Shown piece by piece: positions 59,742-64,000 of a stretch of DNA of 64,000 nt. Under the pieces are notes generated by a model. The model worked only from the letters and a program-made list of their open reading frames with translations, ran no database searches and was not told the DNA's origin. A program made the translations under genes and the position numbers. Source of the DNA: Macrostomum hystrix (taxonomy: Eukaryota; Animalia; Platyhelminthes); assembly GCA_950097015.1 (NCBI GenBank), contig CATNEN010000001.1, positions 8,494,001-8,558,000 of the forward strand, given 5' to 3'. The stretch's first letter is position 1, and each line of letters starts with the position of its first letter.

Positions 59742-62571
59742 ATGCCAGCTGCAGCTCCTAAGCGCGCAGGACGAAAGTCCGGCCCAGCTGGTGGAAAGCA
59801 GCCAGCTCGCTCAAGAAGTTCGAGCAAGTCCAGGTCGAAGTCGGCCAGCCCAACTGCCAAGCCACGCGGTCGCAGCAGTTCAAAGTCGCGCGCTGTTGAA
59901 AAGAAAAACGCAACACCGCAGCAGCAGCAGAAGCCGCGCTCTCGTAACAACTCGCGTTCTCGTGTTAAGCCGGCAGCTTCACCTTCTTCCTCGACGCCAC
60001 CGCAGCAGCAGCCAGCTAAGAAGGCGCCGCGTCAGGCTACGCCAACGGTTGCTAAGCAACGCCGTTCTAACGCCGGCGTCAATCACAGCGAATCGCCAAC
60101 TAGATCCAAGGCTACAACCGCAACTGCCACCACAGTTGTGACAACAACTGCCGCTAATGCTGTCTCTTCTAGTTCAGCATCGCCGTCTGGTCGCGCTGCA
60201 GCTTCTGGTCGAGAATTTGGCGGCTCAATCGGAGCAGCTCTGATGATTGTTGGCCTACCAATATCGCTAGTTTGGCTTAGCCTACTATCCGACGGCAAGG
60301 TGACATTTAGCCGTTCCAATCGTTGGCTATTCGGCTATCCTGCTGCCATCGGATTTGCGGATTTATTTAGCCTTCGCGCCGCGCTTATCTACGTCGGGTG
60401 GATTCTTGGCCAGTTGGTGCTCTATTGCCTGCCGATTGGTGGAAAGTAAGTTGGGAATTGTTCATAAATTGTTTTTAAAGATTATCTAGTAAGATTAGTA
60501 TGAAGCGAGAAGTACGAGTATAAGTTAATGAACAAGATTACGATTAGCAATTTGGCCATTGTCTAGTATTTTTAATTTAATGATCATTGTTTGTAGTTTT
60601 TATGCAAGACAACTAGCTTTGCCTTTGCCTACTATAGACCATGTAATATTCTTAAATGATTTATCTTTAGCTCTGTTTGCCTGGTTTTTTCCGCTTGAAA
60701 TTTATTGCATCACCGGCCATTAATCAGAGGTTATTACTATTAAGCGACGTTACGATAGATATATTTTCAATTAATACTTTCATTTAAAGTCTAAAGTGTT
60801 TCTTTAATTTCGTTTTATAGATGGGTTCAACACGAAGGCGGTCGTTATCATTGCAACGGCCTATTCGCCATGATAGTATCTATTGGCGGCTTCGCTTTAG
60901 CCAATTGGTGGGGCCTGCCCACCGGTAAGATCATCTGCTCCGAACTAACCAGACTAGCTGCCACCGCGTGCGCCTTCTCTGCCCTGTTGTCAATCGGCCT
61001 TTATATTCGTTCGATCCGTTTGCCAGCATCGGCTCTGACTGCTGACGCCGCTTCAGCTAAGCGCAGTTCAACTGGCAATAGCGGCTGCTGCGGCGCTGCC
61101 AGCGGCTGTTGCGACGCCGTCTATAATTTCTTCATGGGTCGCGAACTACATCCGCGCCTATTTGGCGGCTATATTGATCTGAAATTTTTCCTAGAAATGA
61201 GGCCTGGTCTGATTGGTTGGATATTGCTAGACATGGCCTATATGTACCAGAGCAAGGCTAGCGGTCATCCAGTTGGCCTACCATTCGCCCTGCTGACCTT
61301 CATGCATCTGGTGTACGTTGGAGATGCGCTGCTATTCGAGCGTTCAATTTTAACCACAACGGATATTAAGCGCGAGGGTCTCGGCTATATGCTCACGTTT
61401 GGCAATCTAGCCTGGGTGCCATTCTTTTATAGTCTAAGTGCTAGGCAGCTGATTAGTGGATCGCCAATTATGCCTGCCTACTGTCTAGCCGGTGTTATTA
61501 TCATTAACCTGTTTGGTAAGTACTGCTTATCATGTTTTGTATTATCCGGAATTCATGACTTTTTTTACTCTCATTCAAGACTTTGTTTACTCTCATTCAA
61601 GACTTTGTTACTCTCATTCAAGACTTTGTTTACTCTCATTCAAGACTTTGTTACTCTCATTCAAGACTTTGTTACTCTCATTCAAGACTTTGTTTACTCT
61701 CATTCAAGACTTTGTTACTCTCATTCAAGACTTTGTTACTCTCATTCAAGACTTTGTTACTCTCATTCAAGACTTTGTTACTCTCATTCAAGACTTTGTT
61801 TACTCTCATTCAAGACTTTGTTTACTCTCATTCAAGACTTTGTTACTCTCATTCAAGACTTTGTTACTCTCATTCAAGACTTTGTTTACTCTCATTCAAG
61901 ACTTTGTTACTCTCATTCAAGACTTTGTTACTCTCATTCAAGACTTTGTTACTCTCATTCAAGACTTTGTTACTCTCATTCAAGACTTTGTTACTCTCAT
62001 TCAAGACTTCATTCAAGTTTACTCATCTGCGACTTTCCGTGTCAGTATTTTTCTCTCATACTCTCGCCCAGACTTACTCACAGAGAGGTCGCGCGAGTTC
62101 GATTCAAAGCTCAGGGACAGCAGTTTCTCTTTTAGTTTGGCACTTCAGTTCGGTTTCAGTTTTAATTAGCCATAACTCACCAATCCAGTGCTTCTAACAA
62201 TGCTTTCAGGCTACTGGCTATTCCGCATCTCCAACTACCAGAAGGATCTATTCCGTTGCGATCCGCATCATTTAACATTCAATAATTGGCCAACTGTGCC
62301 AACCGGAATCCGGGGTCGTCAACTACTGGCTGGCGGTCTGTGGGGTCGCCTGCGTCATCCGAATTTTGTTGGCGACATTGTCATGGCCGTAGCCTGGTCC
62401 CTAGCCGCCGGATTCCATGCTCCTCTGGCCTGGCTATACCCTGCCTATCTCCTAGTGCTGCTAGTGCATCGAGCTAGGCGCGACGAAATTCACTGCTCCG
62501 CTAAGTATGGCTTGGCCTGGCGACGCTATTGCGAACTGGTGCCGTGGCGGTTTGTGCCCAAAATCTATTGA
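59742..62571 (+). CDS. LBR: Lamin B receptor-like / ERG4-ERG24 family sterol reductase with basic RS-rich N-terminus
   Basis: Exons 59742-60445, 60821-61515, 62210-62571, phase-consistent. Motifs EFGGSIGA, YNFFMGRELHPR, DLKFFLEMRPGLIGW, LGYMLTFGNLAWVPF, RHPNFVGD, LLVHRARRDE..C..KYG.AW..YC..VP....P.IY. N-terminal RSRSSSKSRSKSASP. Confidence 0.88.
61565..62016. repeat. 21/22-bp minisatellite (TTACTCTCATTCAAGACTTTG) in LBR intron 2
   Basis: About 21 visible copies starting about 50 bp after the donor at 61516. Confidence 0.95.
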
Positions 62572-64000
62572 GATTTTCATTTCTGGTTTTTTTGCCACGG
62601 TTAATTAACAACAATAAAAATGAATTTCTTTATTCCGATAGAATTTTGTTTCGGCGTCTGATTTCGACGTAGACTATTAATTTTTTAAGTAGGCTTGCAA
62701 GCTCTACTAACAAGTAGGTAGTTAAGAATTTTTTTAAATAAAAGATAAAAATGACGCCTCAAAATTTAGCCCAACAAACGTTTTCTTTTTTTTTCTATAT
62801 AAAAAATAAAAAATAATTTAGCCACTGAATATTATACTCCTCGTGTAATTGAATCGTTACAATTACAAATTAATGTTACCGCTTAACACACCTGTAAAAA
62901 AGCGATATGTAAACCAAACTGACTGTTGTCTATTGTTTTTTTAATATCCTGCTTTTCTACTCCTTTGTATGGCTTGATTTGTATAATGTTTCTCATTTAA
63001 ACAACTATTTGCAGCTTTTGTATAAACAAGGCAGTCATCTTTTGTAAAAAAACACTGGAAGTCCATTATTTAATTTTTTGTACTTTCTTAAAAACCTTTG
63101 TTTTGCTGATAGTAGTTAAAATGTATTCGATTAGTCACCTTTTTAGTTAGTTTGTTATACCTGGCTCATTTAACCATCCAATAATTGTTTTGTGCTCGCT
63201 GTATACATGTTCAAAGTAATTGCAGCATTGTGGCAGCTATGTGCTAGTTCTATTTTCTTAACATTATTTTATGAAAGCTTCTTTTGGTATTTTTGGTTTG
63301 TTTTCTTTTAGTGGCCAATAACTATTCTTTTTTGGTCCGATATGAATTGCTTTTTTCTTTATTTTATATTCATTTTTTTACTCGTTCTGACTCCGTTTTT
63401 TACATCGGCTAAGTCACTTGAAAGGTAGCTAACCCTGCGTGACTGTCCCTATGCACTTGCTGACATGCTAAAATATTTAATTAGGTATTGCATGCTCTGT
63501 GTACATAAATTAACCATTGTCATATCAAACTTAATCTGCTGTGTATTTGTTATAACTTTCTTGGTTGCTATGCTTATTTTCTTTTTTTTAAATCACATTT
63601 GATTTCTCAATTCATTGTCAATCCTAAAACCTTACGTGGTGAATGGTAGCGTGTTTTTAGATAATGTAAGTGTCAAAAACATTATTATTGACTGAACCAT
63701 TTTGCTGCAGTTTTTTCCAACAATTTGCTAGCTTTTTAGTTACGAATTTGTAGACACGAATCGCTGTTTTGCAGTTACTGTTATTTACATAATTTTGTTT
63801 GTCCCTTTGCGATTGTAAATAAGTAATTTAACTTATTCCCACTTGCAAAGCATTAGTTATGTCAATTAAAACAAACTAATTTACAATTTAACAATGATAA
63901 TATAACAAGTAGGACAAAAATTAACATGTCAAAGGCCATGTTTTCAGCATTTCTTTTTATTTTTCTGTATCTTTGTAAAATATTCGCTATTCAATAGTAT

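Overview
Eukaryotic (metazoan) genomic DNA with GT-AG introns. Poly-Q/A/G-rich proteins, AT-rich spacers and minisatellite-filled introns resemble a free-living flatworm such as Macrostomum; this is an inference, not verified. Seven protein-coding genes were rebuilt by hand from splice phases. Six are on the minus strand: (1) a 3'-truncated secreted mosaic protein at 1-9070, (2) AKNA-like, (3) YIPF3, (4) COMMD4, (5) ATG12 and (6) calsyntenin. One is on the plus strand: (7) an LBR/ERG24-family sterol reductase, divergent from calsyntenin. The window also holds about 19 intronic/intergenic minisatellite arrays, two tRNA-derived SINE families and possible Helitron ends. The strongest novelty candidate is gene 1. 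After a signal peptide it has a hidden exon, absent from the ORF track, encoding about 110 aa that are about 43% Arg with Trp/His repeats (HVRRWSRPVRRHVR). This is followed by at least 7 WSC, 3 hemicentin-type vWA and 2 F-type (fucose) lectin modules built from phase-1 exon modules, and an array of about 50 TGAGTCA (AP-1) sites lies upstream. Other leads are an ATG12 exon lacking its own ATG (possible spliced-leader AUG), a possible operon-like cluster, and an unexplained structured GC-rich island at about 30.1 kb. No database searches or folding programs were run.
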